Assembly (NCBI GenBank): GCA_965285935.1
Contig: OZ260661.1
Coordinates: forward strand, 34,720,001 to 34,784,000
Length of the DNA: 64,000 nucleotides
Direction of reading: 5' to 3'
Origin: Ophelia neglecta
Lineage: Eukaryota
Shown here: piece by piece, positions 27,401 to 42,249 of the stretch
Position numbering within the stretch: the stretch's first letter is position 1
Layout: each line of letters starts with the position of its first letter
Notes under the pieces: generated by a model
The model's input: only the letters and a program-made list of their open reading frames with translations
What the model was told of the DNA's origin: nothing
Database searches by the model: none
Position numbers and translations under genes: made by a program

Positions 27401-30400
27401 CTGGTTAAAATTGCTAAGAAACGGCGAAGGAAACTGTATCCATTACTCGAATGTGGTAAAACATTAACACATACAAAACCTTCACAGAATTGCAGATACG
27501 TGACACAGATATGAGCTATTTTTTTTTAAATCGAAATCGAAAGTTATAGATTGGGTTTGGGGAAGGTGATAAGTTTAAGAATTAACATTTTTGATGAGTT
27601 CGTTAGCAAGCCTTTTTTTGCTGTCGCACCCCAAACGTAACTTATTGTTTTCGGCCCTGCATATCTCGTTATTTCCATGTCTCTTTCTCTCATTTGTACA
27701 TAATGCTCATATCACTAAAATACTGTACAATGCTGATATAAGTTTGGATGCTTAACTAGTGGCTGTGCTTAACACGTGTTTAACACGTATTTGTTTAAAC
27801 GGCAGGACACAGATATGAATCTTATATTCGTGAGTTTCCTGCAGTCTAGAGAAACAGCATATTCTGTCATCGGTTAGAGTCCAAGAGCAGCAAAAGCTCC
27901 AATATATAAAGTAGAGTGCAAAAAAACTCGGCTATCGACTCATTGCCATTGAAACTACAACATTGAGACAATCTAATGAAACAAATTGTAGAATGAGTCA
28001 TGGTTTGCTTAGTATAGTAAAACAAGGTGTATAGTACCTCCCGTATATGTTATGAATAACTATAAGATACTCAAGTCACTGATACAAAGAGCATATTATG
28101 CGTGTTAATTAATGACAGAAATCGTGTGAAAATATCAAGCAACTCTTTAATTCAAATACACGGTGAGGTTATAAAACCTATATAGAGTATCTGACACAAA
28201 AGTACACGCTTAATATGCGTATTCTAATATATAGCAATGCACTGGTTAAAAAAAGTGATAGTATTCGACAAACAATTAATGGACGCTTCAGGATCACCCA
28301 TTAAAGTGATTGCCGATGCCATCATTTATTGAATAGGCCTGTTGCCCCAGCGATAGCGTGGTATCAACATCTTTCGGTTAAATTTGCTACAATCTCGGCC
28401 CTCGCACGGCACTGAGCGATTCCGGAAATAAATGTCGTTAGTGCCAACTTATTCCATGCAATCACTCACTCTTAAAACTTAAACATTTTTGCCATTGCTT
28501 GATCATAATTGCTTAATTATCCACATGTAATATTATTCAACAGTCAGTATAAGGTGGGCATAAGCATCAATATTCGCTATAAAATAACTACGAATGATAA
28601 CTCGCCATTAAGCGAGTATCTACACCACGAAGTGGAGTACTAACACTTCACCTTAAATTCTCATTCACGTTCAGAGTGCCAACTCCGTGAACTTTAGCAG
28701 ACACTGTTTACCATCCTCTTATATCGGCTGCTGTAATCAACAATCAGCATCTGGCACCTGGCGAGACTAATTATTACCTAGCCTTGCAAGAGGTGTAACA
28801 TATTAAGTTTTCTTCCTGACTAGGATTCATTAGATGAATGACAGGAAATTAGTTAGGAAATTAAGTGTGGATTAAACTTCGCTCAACTCGTAAGAATGTT
28901 GCAATGTTTCTTAAATCCTCAAAAAGAATGCTGGAAATAATAAAGAGCCAGCTGTGTTAGACAAAATATGTTGGGGAAATTGCCCTGATAAGTGATAACT
29001 TACATGAGGCAAACAACAAAATTATTACCATGAAAATGGGATTCAAAACCAAAATCCAAAGGTCATAGTAGTAACAAAGTGAAACTTTCCTCATTATTGT
29101 TTAATGAGATATACTCAACAGTATGTTAACAATATTTGTACCGACAAATTTTGTGGTATTTTCTCATGACGCCCGACCATCTAATTCGTTGGTTTCTTCA
29201 GGTAATATATCCCGATTTATTTTATTTACAGCAACCATTAAAGAAGCAATATACATAGAGCTACGGTGTATGAAATGGCCCGTTCCCAAGCATTCCTCGC
29301 CACTCGTGGTGAAAGTCGATGCATTAAGGCCTCTTTGTATTCGAGCAGATCATGCCCATGATCGCTTTCCTCTCCAAATGGCCAAACCTATCTGGCTTAC
29401 CACCTGCAAGGAACGTGCCAAGCTATGGAAGCGCCAAATTATAACTGCATCGGGGTGCTCACCCATTTGTGAATTACTTTTGCTCCATTTGCTCTCCGAA
29501 TAAGTGTCCATCATAGATACCTAACCTAGGCGTAATGGCAAACTGTGTCTGAACATGTACAAAGTTCTGATCAAAAACCAAAAAGGCCAAATAAAATGAT
29601 GGAGAAAGTATATTTGATCATGTCAAATTAAAAACAAAAGCGAAAACGTACATATAGGTGTGTAATACCATATTAGATACTGAAGGCTGCCAAGCTGTCA
29701 AATGTTCATTTAGGTGTTTGCTCATATACCGGAAAATTCTGTTTCCTGATCAGAGATCTTCCTTCCATAATGCCAGTCCGGTAGAGCATTTTAGTAAGGT
29801 TATGAGGCTACCATTTTTGTTCATCGGAACAATATAATACACTTACATATTAATCTTAAAATTCACTCGAATCATTTTAATGGGTCTTTAATGGGTCTTT
29901 TTGGTTAAAATCCATTAACACTTGTCTATAATTGAGTCCTGAATGGGTCCGTTTGTTTCAAATTAGCTGTTGAATGACACGAAACTAATATTTGTTTTCC
30001 TCCGAGTTGAACAAGTTGGTTGGAATATATGGAATAATGCAAACACCTGACAGAATTATATATTGATCCTGGAATTATATCGTTTGAGTAATATTGAAGA
30101 AGCCTGTCCTGAGGTAGACAAACTCGAGGTAAAGTCTGAAAATGAAATTTCGGATTACCTGATTCCAATTATATTGACCTCAATAACATATCTTTATTTT
30201 GGCCCAATCTTCTTTATAATTACCGGTATTCCTAACATGTACGAGCTTTTTCTGCATAGAGGGCATAAACGATGTTCGGATGAAAACCGCACGTTGGTGA
30301 ATTGCCCTTTGTTCACTTAAGACCTGCAGTTACCCATCTTTCTATTTGTTAGCTGTCAATTGTTATATTGTTAATTAGAGAAAATCTCGCTATAATTATA

Positions 30401-30464
30401 TTCCAATTTTCAAAACCATTAAAGGCCAAACAGGAAATACATAATCCCATGTTTGTATGTTTCG

Positions 30465-30620
30465 AGGGAAAAGCCTTCAAGTAACCTATGACCTATGTGA
30501 CCTATAGAATGATCATTTCATCGATCATTGGTATGAACTTACATGTAACAGGAACTATGCCAATATCGCCTCTTTGGCGGATTCACTTTTTGAGCGCCCC
30601 ATGCGCCTCAATCACGATTT
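30465..30620. repeat. Dispersed repeat, copy 1 (copy 2 at about 35003-35175)
   Basis: Shared GGAAAAGCCT, ATTTCATCGATCATTGG..TGAACT, ATGCCA, AGCGCCC.ATGCG and AATCACGA. Confidence 0.75.
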
Positions 30621-32304
30621 CACAATACATTCAAAGTAGTTAATGAATGGTATTATCTGCAGTTATATTACTGTCACTGCTATCTTGGTTATAAAATAGA
30701 ATAACTCGAACACGAAATGATCCGAAAAAACTAGGGCGTGCCTGTGAAGCCCCATGTCATCGCGTCAGTCATATGGTAAAGGTCAGGTGCAATCATATAA
30801 GAATTGGTGCTCCATATACAAACTAAAATATGTTTTGTGCATAAGTTTATCATATTACCATTCATTTTACCAGTGCACAGTTCAACTAAACACAAAATGA
30901 CTCCATTCAATGGGGGGCGACCTGTTCATTTTGTTTTTAACACTCCCTATTGGCTCAGCTTGCCACCAACGTTTTCAATCAGGTCTTCATAAAATTCAGA
31001 GTGCATGGCGTTTATATCTGTAAATTGATTTGTGTCGAACATGTTCCCTGGGCTTACGCAAATTAAATAGGAGCAAATCATTTATGGTCTCATTTTCATA
31101 AAAAGCCTATTCCGTTGTTGTGTCCCAGTGCATATTTCACCTTTGGCATTTGTCATTCGGTAATTGGTCATTTTAGTAATATCAAGTTATTGGCCTATTT
31201 AAAGTTTAGGAATTGGGCCTGAAGCTCAGGGATCCTGATGAATTTTGACTGAAATAATGGATAATTCCCGATGAATGTTTTGGCACAGTCTGCCGCGTAC
31301 CCACTCCAGTTTCTCTTGTTACAACCATCGCCTTTTTTATGCTGCGACATAATTGTTTCATGCAGGGGTTCATATTTTTTAAACTGTGCCTGCAGTGATT
31401 GATGTCTTATATTTATTCTGAGTAGAATTAAGTCGATGGGAAATAGTTTAAAAACCGGTAGAAGGGCCTGTTAAGCCGTGGAAATACCCGGGAGGATTTT
31501 AAATTGATCCCGCTTTTAAATCAGTTTCGCCCGCTAAATATATGTGGTAAGTCCGCAGGCAGCCATACTGAAGATACAGTCTGACTTTGAGACTAGAATT
31601 ACCCGACTCCGTTTATTTTGACCTGGATATTATGTCTTATTTTGTCGATGTGAAGTTGTTTACTGACACCAGCGGTCACCTTTCCTTTTGTAACGGAAGT
31701 CATGAATCAAGGACACGTTGTTATCCAGTCATTTGCCGATGGCCAACCTACAATCATGGAGAGCAAATTGTGGTGAATTACCTCTGGTACAATGCCAAAT
31801 GGACGGAAAGGAAAAACGAACTCGGACAAAGGAGGGGAGGATATAAACGAAATGATCAGTATAATACTAATTGATATGAAAAATCATGTCTAAAATTATT
31901 CTATAATACTAAACAAAAACAATGGTTTCAATTAATTCCATAGTGACACTGAAAATTTGAGCCTATGAAAATTAAAACAGAAAGATTTAAAACAACAGTG
32001 ACTTGAAGAGGCAGCTAATCCCCCTTGTTTCACAGAATGGGCTCGTCTCAATTCCCAATCCATGTGTCAGATACTAAGCGTTAAATCATGACACTCTGTG
32101 ACAAGAGAGGTTGGCCTCGTTCATTATTTAAACCTCATTTCCAAATCCGGGTATAACCGTTGACCGCCCTAGCTGTCTTCCAGATCCCATCGCGGAAATT
32201 ACACGTCCCGAAAGCTAAGTTAAAGCCATTAAAAGGAGAAGCCATGTTAAATAATCAATAAATTATTATACATCCGGACTCTCTAGAGTCTCAAATCAAC
32301 GTAA

Positions 32305-32420
32305 CCCCAATGTGGAAACATGAGGTGGTCAGGTGTTTTTCTCTGTTTAGCAACATTTTTGAGTGATTTAGCCAATCAACCAAGCCCCATTGGGACACAT
32401 AGGGTGGGCAGGTGTTCTTC
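32305..32420. repeat. Short diverged direct repeat with about 80-bp spacing
   Basis: CCCCAATGTGGAAACATGAGGTGGTCAGGTGTT versus CCCCATTGGGACACATAGGGTGGGCAGGTGTT. Confidence 0.6.
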
Positions 32421-35002
32421 TTCTGATCTTACATCTATTGAGAATTTTCTCTTACAGACCTACCATTTTTGTGTGTAAAGCAATTGCTTCGAATGCTCTT
32501 TGGAAGCTATTACCCTGAATATACCCTGAAAGGAGAATTTCCTCAGACACTTGCACAACCTTCGTGTCAAGACTGCATTGTGAAATGGTCTCAAAAGGCC
32601 TGGTTCAGGCCTGAAAGAGCCCATGTCAACCTCGTATTCTGACTACTTCACTTATCAATTCCAATGAAAAGAGAATAAAAGTAACACGCAGTTTATAAAC
32701 CGATCTCTGAAGTTTATGTATTATGTAGGGCAACCTACGTTCCCGATGTTTTGTTTCATCAAAAGAAGGACTTGTGTTTTTTTCCACTTATGAGACTTGT
32801 GGATAAATCTTCCACTCGAGGCAGGTACCTTTGACCAACATTATTGATCAAAATAATATGGTTAATGCATGATCTCATTTATACAGGATTCATATCCCGG
32901 GCAATAGAATTTGGAACAAAAATAAGGAAGAGATAGCAAATACTCTTTGTTGTTTAATCCAGTACCGCTATTAAAATACTACTTATTGAATCACAATAAG
33001 ATATGTATCTCTCGAAGAAAGGTATCAAACTTCATAACGAGAACAGCGATTCAGCATTAAAAATCAGGTTTGTATTCCGGAATTTTCAGTACTACTTAGA
33101 CTTCAGTAAAAACGGTGATGTTTGGTCTCTCACAAATAAACACAAGCCGTGTTCCCTTCACATTTTTCACCATCTATCAATGATATTCTAGTTTCATTAT
33201 TCTTCCTAACAAACAAAACCCCAAACAACAATATCCTAACAAACGTTATATAACACCGACTGAATGATGCATTAAACTGTGTATTCCGGTTGCGTTTAAG
33301 AAGATTCACTTTTTTCGGTTACCGTTTTCATCCATATCTACCGCTCAGTTGTTGTCGTTATATGACTTCGATAGCCGCCGGTAGGTGGGAGATAGTGAGG
33401 GACTGTATTAAACGCCCCTATCGCTCCTCAAACGGCTTGGTGATCGATCAACTGTGAATATTGGTGACGTTAGATTTTACGTCTAATGTTTCCGTCTTTA
33501 TATCATTTGATTTCGCCAGACAATACTTGGGATCGAATTTGATTGGACTATTTGTTCGGACTCTCTATAAATCAGCCCAGGTGATGCCCAGATGTCACAT
33601 CTTTATTCGAATCCTGGACCCCAAGGGAGCAATTAATGAATTCCAATCTTGGATAAGTCCGTGTAAACCTCCTATGGTCGGTTTATGGTGCCAATACACG
33701 CACGGATGAGAAAAGCGATAAATTGTTGATTTCCTGAATGATGGATAGCATGAAAAAGTACTTAACAGAATCAAAGATCGTCGATGAGATCAATTAACCG
33801 AGAAAAAAACAGAGTAAATCAAAGAAAAAACGTTGTTTTTCTGAGGCAGTTCACGAAAGCTCTGTGATTGTGTTCAGAACAAAGGGCTACATGTTATGAC
33901 CTCTGAATGTAAATTAATTTAGGCTCTAGACTCATGGGGAAATAAACATTTAATACGTTGAAAACTGGCACTAGAAATCTCCATGCCATTGGGTGCCAAA
34001 AGCACAATACAAAATATACACGAACTCGCAATAAAAAACAAAAGTAATTGACGGAAATGGCGATGGGTAAGTGCACTTGTCTCTAGTAAAATAACAGGGC
34101 ATGTCATTTTAACAGTGACAAACGAGTTTATATATACGTTGAAAGCAAGGATGATTGATGCGAAGGCGATTTTCATGACACAATGCACAGCGTTCGCCAT
34201 AAATATCTACATAGTTTTAACTGAATTGGAGATTTCTGACATATACTGAAGGGGCGAATGTTGAGTTCATGATACATTCAGGACTTTCATATTTGGTCAG
34301 ATTGCTGTCATGGTGACCATGTCAATATGGACATTTCATGCGACAAGAGCCTTAATCAAGTGCCATCTGCCCGTGCCAAAAGTTATCACCAATGAACAGC
34401 AGTGATTTGGGCCCAATGCCATACATAGACCTCAACAAATCCCTTAATTGAAGAGAGATATAACTTGTGATTCAATTTGAATTTGAAACTGCCCAGAATA
34501 TTAACCGTCGCCATCGGTCCATTCAGCTTTCATCTCGTTGACCAGTAATCCTACTGGGACTTGCAGCATCGCAGCAAAAGAGCCCGGATTGATCGAGGCT
34601 TAGTGCGATTGCCTCCAATACAGCTCTGGCTCTCGCGATACCAGCCGTCCATACGTGCTCCCTTTCCAATAGCTTTGTTTTGACTGTGGGCTGTAATGAG
34701 ACGCCGGCTTCCGGTACAAAGGACTAGTTGACCTCTATTTGAAGCAGACGGCCCTAACTAAAGCCCTATCTTGTATAATTAACGGAACGCCTAAAATGCA
34801 TCGGTTTCTTCACATTGCACAAATCTGATTTTCGGATAAAGCTCAGACGCTCAACTTGGCGAAAAGCTCCTCTGTAGAGTTATTCGACCTACAGTTACAC
34901 ATTTCAATTGCTTACTGTAAACAACGCCCTTTAAGTATGTCAATTTTCAAAACTATACAAATTCAAAACCAGACACGCATATTCCAATGATTGAAGTTCC
35001 CA

Positions 35003-35175
35003 CGGAAAAGCCTCCTGGGAAATTAATTCCTGTGCGGCCTGGACAATACAGAGTATTTCATCGATCATTGGGGTGAACTATCCTGTAGCAGGGGAGCAAT
35101 GCCATTAACGGATCTTTTGCGGACAAACTCCTCAACGCTTTCTTTAGCGCCCAATGCGGCCATAAATCACGAAAA
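35003..35175. repeat. Dispersed repeat, copy 2 (copy 1 at about 30465-30620)
   Basis: Same collinear blocks as 30465-30620. Confidence 0.75.
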
Positions 35176-38100
35176 CTCAAGGTAGCTAAATCTGGACGGT
35201 GTCGTCTGCCAATAGTCAGATTAATTCTTGTTTGAGAAAGCTTATTTTACTAATTATATTTCTGTAACTGCTATCCGGACCCTGATTATAAAATCGAAGA
35301 ATTCGCAGGGGCACACGTCTGAAAACGAAATTTTACGACCAACTGCTGCGTGGCTGTGAAGCTACACGGCAACACGTCAATTTTATACGGTACATGTCGA
35401 GTATTGACATATATATGAACTGGTGGTCGAAATGCAAAGTGGAAATGAATATAATAAACGCATTATTTCAAGGTCTAACATGGGGATATTTAGGTTTTAC
35501 AACTTTATCACGACACTGCCTGTCGATAGTTGAGGAAAAGTTACTCACGTACAAGCCTAAAAACTGATATCAAAAATAAAATGAATTAAGGTATAAAGTA
35601 TTATGTGTACAAGAGACATGCGTTTACATAAGTAAGATGGTTTCGAGACAAAACATTAAAGTCATTTAGGGACATATATACCAGAAATTGTGATCGGACG
35701 GCTGAGTCCCAACTAAGGCATAAGAAACGAAACAAACACAAGGAAGATGCTGCTTAATTCAGGAAGTGACGGTTCTCGTCCCACGGGTTATCGGGATGAA
35801 GTAGAAAATTGAGTTGCCCAGCGTCGGCATTGAAATTATTCATCCACCCCGAATATCAAACTTCACCAATGATGAATAGGGTGGCGGGTAAGAATAGAGA
35901 CACTAATGTCATTATTGGCTTAGAACATAGGGCTCGGAATCTCATTCATCCACTTTAGATGCAATGGACATGGCCAAAAGACTGATCTTTAAATACCACT
36001 CAGAAAACAGCATGGTTACTTTATTTTCATAACACTCTTCCTGCCCTACTTACCCATGAGTACTGACCATGTAGGTCAAACTATATGACAAACAATGTCA
36101 ATGTGTCACACGATATATTTCTCGCTGGTAAAGTTATAGTGTTATAATACGTTGCTCTAATTGCTGGGCCTAAATAAAATATTAATTCTCCAATCCAAAT
36201 GAGAAAAACAAATAAGACCAGATATCCGAAAATTGTGTAGATTTACCTTTTCTGTAGGCCTACACAATTAGATCTATTGGTTAATATTTGCAAACATAAA
36301 CAGAGTGTGATAAGGAGAGCATGAATTCGTCCGCGTTTCTTCACCGTGTGTTGCTACGTATAAAATTTAAATTCGAATTTACGGCGCGATACACGATCAT
36401 ATTAGAGAAGTTTGTAACCAGGCGATACGTCGCTACTGTCTCAGCATACTTAAGGCAGATGTTTCCGAGTGAGCAGATAATACGTCACGGGCATGGAAGC
36501 CTAATTGAGATACAAAGTATTTGCCTACAAATGGGACATGGCCAGAATTGTTCATCCCAAGGAAATCTAAGTAACATGTCGGTTCCTGGTAGCCGGATCC
36601 TCGATTCATTCTGACCTCCGCTCGCCCAAGCCAATGACGAGATTTCAACGAGACCGGAAGTGACAAGGCATTCGTGATTTCCGTCGTCTTGCTATGGCCC
36701 CGAGGGTCTTCCCACATGGCGGCAAGACAAATTTGTCAAATTTGTCAGCCTTTTATCATTGCGGAATGACCTCGACCAGGAATTGGACCTCTTCCCTGGC
36801 CCGCGGGTTGTGATCAGCCGCCTCTCTTGCCGTATTATTGGGAAATAGAACTGTTAGTGATCGATAGCGAGTCGGCCGCAGGCCATACAAGCCATACGGA
36901 GACCGCCCTTACGCTTAAATTCAATCCACCTTCCAAACAGATGACTGTCTTATGACGAGATGATTTTTCTGATATGCTCTGCACATTTGATAACCAGTTG
37001 TTGGCAAAGCACAAGAGCAGTTTATCTTGCCGTCTAGTTTTTATATTATAGGGATCTGCCGGGCTTTTTTGAGAAAATGTTGTCGCTCTATCGCTACATT
37101 ATTTGATTTGCTGACATTTGCTGCATAGGAAATAAACTAAAAATAGTATGCATACTTAAAACGATAAAGCTTTGATTATCTTTGCGTGGTATATATATAT
37201 ATATAGACTTGTCTGTTCGTTACACTATACCTTACTCATGACAATCTGCAGTAAGCAGTGCGGCCTTAAGATGTTAAAATTCGAAATAGCAAATAAAGAA
37301 TTGCGCTGCTACATTTCATGAAATGGGGGTGTGTATGGGAGGGTGAAACCCATTTTCTTTCTTCAAATGGACCAGAACACTTGAGGGAATGGGTTGGGTG
37401 TACTGGACGGCTCAGAGTCTTAGGGCAGTAAAGCTGATTGTTGAAAATAAAACTTTTATTCGGCTCGGAGATGATACAGGGTTCTTTCTAAGTAGTTTAG
37501 CTGCATATTTGAAGTTCCAGACATTTGTAAGTCACACCAAAAAACAAAATTATAGGTGGTGCCTTCTGTGTTCATTGCGACACACTTAGGCAACTGCAAA
37601 ATATTTCGGTAGAACCAAACATCAATGTCAGCATATCGGACCAAGATCCATCGATTCATGTAGTAAATTGAATTTACGCAGTATGAATAATAACACGTGG
37701 TAAAGATGAAGCACATGATTATAACGCATTAATACAATGTTGTTATGATTTGCTGACATAGAATGACGTTATTCGGGCGGGGCACCAGTCAGCAAAGGTT
37801 GGAACTAGGGCAGACCTAGCTAGATAATCCGAGACGCTAAGAAGTAACAGCTACTACCACATACTGCAAGCAATTGGGGTTTTCGCGAGTTTTGATACTT
37901 GGTATTCATGAGTGTAATGGTTTATCTAGTATAGCTTGAACACCATTGTGTTACTGTTTCTGTAGAGATGAAAAAAGAAAGGAAAAATACTATGTAGAGG
38001 CTTACCCAAAAAAGCACCCCCTCCCAAAAACCGCTATATAATCGTGTTTTAATTATGCTCGACCAGGATTCTGTAACTGTATATCAATGTCTAGTACTTA

Positions 38101-41100
38101 TTAGTTACATCACTGTTGGGATCTAATATATTTACATGCAAGCTGTTTGGCTGTGACCTAATATACAGTTATATGCAGAATAAGAGAATAACTTACTGAT
38201 TAAATGACCTTCATATAAGCACATTGCTAGACACCCTGGAGTAATGTCTGCTATTAACATCAACTCATAGGCAATTACGGTGGCAACATCAGCCTGTAAC
38301 CATACTGAACTTCAAGTCTTCTGAATATGTCTCGCTCTTTCTTTCTCTCTCTATATATATCTACATATTTATATACATATACATACTGTGATGCCACTAG
38401 GATATCGTATACAGTGATCTAAAAATCAATGGTTACGCAAGCCATACATTGCAACAAAGCACTTAGAAAACAAAACTTTATCGTAACAGAAACAATCCCG
38501 GCAAGTCAATAACCCTGGCAGACGACACAATGTACCATTGATCACATTTCAGCATTTTCCTCTGCTAAAATGGAGTATCCACACAGTCCCTAGAGAAACC
38601 ATTGTAGTGTCAAGGCTGTGAACAAGCATGCCAATAGTAGTGTAACTGTTTTATATATATCACATTACGATACCTTTCAGCGTAGCCTATATGACTGCAT
38701 GGTTTTACAATAAAAAAAACACAATTTCTCAATAATGATTGTTCTCTGTGCAAAGTCAATTCAGGGAAGGGTTGACTTTGAAGCCCGTCGAAATGATTTG
38801 CGCAGGCGCCAAAAGAAAAAAAATCATCGGGGAACATTGCAATAAAATGACTGATTGTCTTGTTTTGCAATTAGCTAAGTAACCAATTTATTACGGCGGC
38901 TGTTGAGGCTTGGCCAAAGATCTAGAATACATTGGGTGATACATCAAGCCGAATCACAGAGAGACAGTTTATTGCTTTTAGTATTGTGATACCACAATAT
39001 ACTGTGTTGAATTTTTAACTACTTTCTTAATCAGCAGAGCTAGCGACAATTTTTGGACTGTAGGTATCAAAGGTAGCAAATCCCCTCAGTAATGAATTGG
39101 AATCATTCAACCATATTACATCGGCGGCATATCGATCAATTAGTGCTATAGTTCTAATGTCATTAAGATGCATGTATCTGATCCTCGTTATAAAGAGAAT
39201 AAAGGATCCAACAACAACGATAGATCGATTTCTAGTTGAGTAATGTTTGGTTGCCCTTACGAGGACAAAGATCGGTCATTTTATGTCCACCATGGTCGCA
39301 TTGTCTCGAATTTGCAGTGAGCGAAGGCGGGTTTGCTTCTGGGGGAAATGTTCTCTGGGGTTTAATGTACAATAGAGATTTTTGTAGTATGCAATTTAGT
39401 AAAGTTGCCCAAATTCAGTAAACCAATAGCAGGGCCGACATTTTTTGATTTTTACTAATGATCAAATTGCCATGTTGGAAATAAAATACATCTGACGTGC
39501 GGTCATTTGAAAGGAGAATCTTTTTCAAAACATATGCAGATACTTTAAATCCGTTCATATATTTTATTCGGATAACCTAAGTAAATATGGGATACAAAGA
39601 ATCATATCATAATCTTAAAAAACATATGCCCCTTAAAATTCATTTTACATCAGGTGGATAATAACCAATAAGAACATACTAGAATGCTCGTAAAAATGTA
39701 GAATCCTATAAACACTGAGGATAAGGTATAATAAATCCCGACCAGAGGAAGGACTGGTCCTCGATATCGCAGGGCAGGTCTTGTTATAGACAGCGGCCAT
39801 TACACTTTTATCTTCTCCTACCTGAAGCAGGATGAAAGAACATGTCTGCGACCTAATCAACGCCCTTTGTGTAGGTGATTATATTCAATCAATGATCGAT
39901 ATAAGCCCATTTACTTCATCCATGTTCATCAGCACAATTCACACGACTGCCACCTTCCAATGGCGGGCGTTTTCAATAAAGATCCCTTGAAGTACGGCCC
40001 GAATGTACACGCCTGCGCAGGCGGTAATACTTCAGCCCCATATTAGGGAGATTACTTCGGTTGCTGTCACGTCGGGGGAAATATAACCCAAAGAGGCTCT
40101 TGATTTCTTTATCTTATTTTTCTGAGCATTAAACAATGATTAAAGAGGACAAAACAAACTAACTCCGCCCTTGAAATGGTAATCAACGCCTCAACAATTC
40201 CAATCAAACAGTGAAACCTGCCGCTCGGGGTTTTGCGTGCCTTTCGGGACTTACGATGGGAGAATGCTCAGAGCTAATGTTCTAGTAAAGAGGAGGCCTG
40301 TCTCTTTAAGGTATACACGTTCTAGTATTAGGTAACTTTGATAAAAGGTAACATTGATATCCCTGATAAAATAAATGAGTGGCCCAGCAGAAGATGAAAC
40401 AGTTTTCAGGGAATATGTAACCTCTCTTCACTCCGACTATACTATGGTTCATGAAAGCATTGGCGCCTGTCTTTTGCAATTTTGACCAAATTTGCGCCTT
40501 CAGTATTCGCTCACAATCTGGATGCGAACTTGTTTGTAGCCATATTCAGAATAATTTACAAATATTCTTACACGGAAATATATTTTTTCTGTTTTCTTTA
40601 CTTCGTTTTTTCCCATGTAGGCAGGCCTGCCGGCCTATGACTGGACCTATAAGTCCATGTTTAATAGGGTGTGACCTCTCAGCATAGAACAGCCGCCAAT
40701 TGCTATTTCGAGACCCTTACCCACAGGAAAGTTCGAGTGTAGTTGATTCTTTCCCTCCCTATACCTGCACAGTACGTCTATTGGCCGGGGAGGGGGAAGT
40801 TGCTGGGGGGGGGGGGGGGAATTAGTGGTTTAAGTCATACCGTAAAACAGCTGGATGCCTTACCGACAATATTCCAACGAAACGTGCAACCCCAAGTTAA
40901 TTTCTGTCGTTCATGATCACTGCTCCCAATCTATTGAGCTGTATACAATGTAGCCACCGATGGATTTTTTTGTCCTGTGGCTATGAAGTACGATTTATTT
41001 CAAATATATTCATTAACACTGTTAAAAAGAAACATTTTCTTCTTACAAGAATATCAATGAACCATAACTTTTCTAATGATTATAACAATGCCATGCTGAC

Positions 41101-41707
41101 AATTGAAATGAGGCTAAAATACTTCTAAAATGAAACAAACGATGATAATTAGTAAAGAATCTACTTCGTGTATTGGAACAGCTGCGATTGTGCCTCTTAT
41201 GCGATAAGCAAATGTTACAGTTTTTCACCGGGGTTTTCCGCTTATTCTACGCAAACTTTGCGCCTAGCATACTTTGGAAAAAATAACGGCGTATGGACCA
41301 TACAGGGTGGGAAATGTACAGAGAACTCATGGCTCATGCACACTGGTTAAATGTTTGAATATGATGGATGCGGCCTTATCAGCTTGATAAGTATAGAAGA
41401 AGCGTGTCGAAATACACAGGCTACACAATAATTGTTTGTGGTCTATTAGCGGTAATATAATTTTGCGCCTTTTAATGAAAGGTGGCATAATAATTTGAAG
41501 TAGATACCGGGAGCGCGTCACCGATTTAATTTTTTCCTAGGGACAATCGCGCCCCACTGAGCAAATTTAAACGAAATCAAATAGCGTTAAATGGAAAAAA
41601 AAGTCGCAAATTTTTTTCGAACCAGAGTATACTCCTTAACAGAAAACGTGTCATTAACTACCCGAGCGGCAAGTGCAAAAGATATATTGTATTTGATCTG
41701 AACTTAC

Positions 41708-42196
41708 CTGAAAAAGTCTGAGAATGTTGGCCACCATGATTGAAACAGGACTGGCCGCAGCTCCGATCACTCCAGCCACCGGCTTGTACGTGGTCTGTCT
41801 AGGAATTTCACCACTCTCACACCGGTACTCATTAAAATCCAACGTGCTCATATGAGCTTTAATGAATTCTAGAGACTGTTCTAGAGCATACGTGTCTCGT
41901 AAACAGGTGTCTAAAATGTGTACCCCGAGGGTTATGTTAGGCAGAAGAAAAGGATCACGATTAATTTTATCAATGGCATACAACATTGCTTCAACTCTTT
42001 GAATTCCTTTCTCTTCTTTTATAGCGCCACAAATTCTACCAAGGGTTCCTTTCTCGTGCATCGGAAACAGTCCTCCTAAGATAATGTCTCCATCTAACCT
42101 GATGGCTTTGTGGTCGGGAGGCAAGGATTTCATACTACAGTAAACGTCGCCGACAAGAAAACACAGAAGAAATGGAAGTAGCCCTTGAAAGGCCAT
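41708..42196 (-). CDS. mGluR: Metabotropic glutamate receptor (group III/mGluR8-like), first coding exon: signal peptide plus start of Venus flytrap domain
   Basis: Translates [21 protein letters not shown] (signal-like)...[12 protein letters not shown]...[16 protein letters not shown]...LLPNITLG...[14 protein letters not shown]...[21 protein letters not shown], all hallmark mGluR motifs. Ends at donor CAG|GTAAGT (phase 0). ATG at 42196 preferred over the GTG start in the ORF track. Confidence 0.95.
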
Positions 42197-42249
42197 ACTC
42201 GAGTGATATTTAAATATAAATAACACTTTTCTTACTGATTGCACATTGA

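Noticed and set aside
31228-31270. CTGATGA...GAAA hammerhead-like spacing
   Set aside because: Stems I and II do not pair adequately; likely chance.
41654-42244. 196-aa ORF as a complete protein
   Set aside because: It starts at GTG and runs through the splice donor at 41708; only 42196-41708 is the exon.
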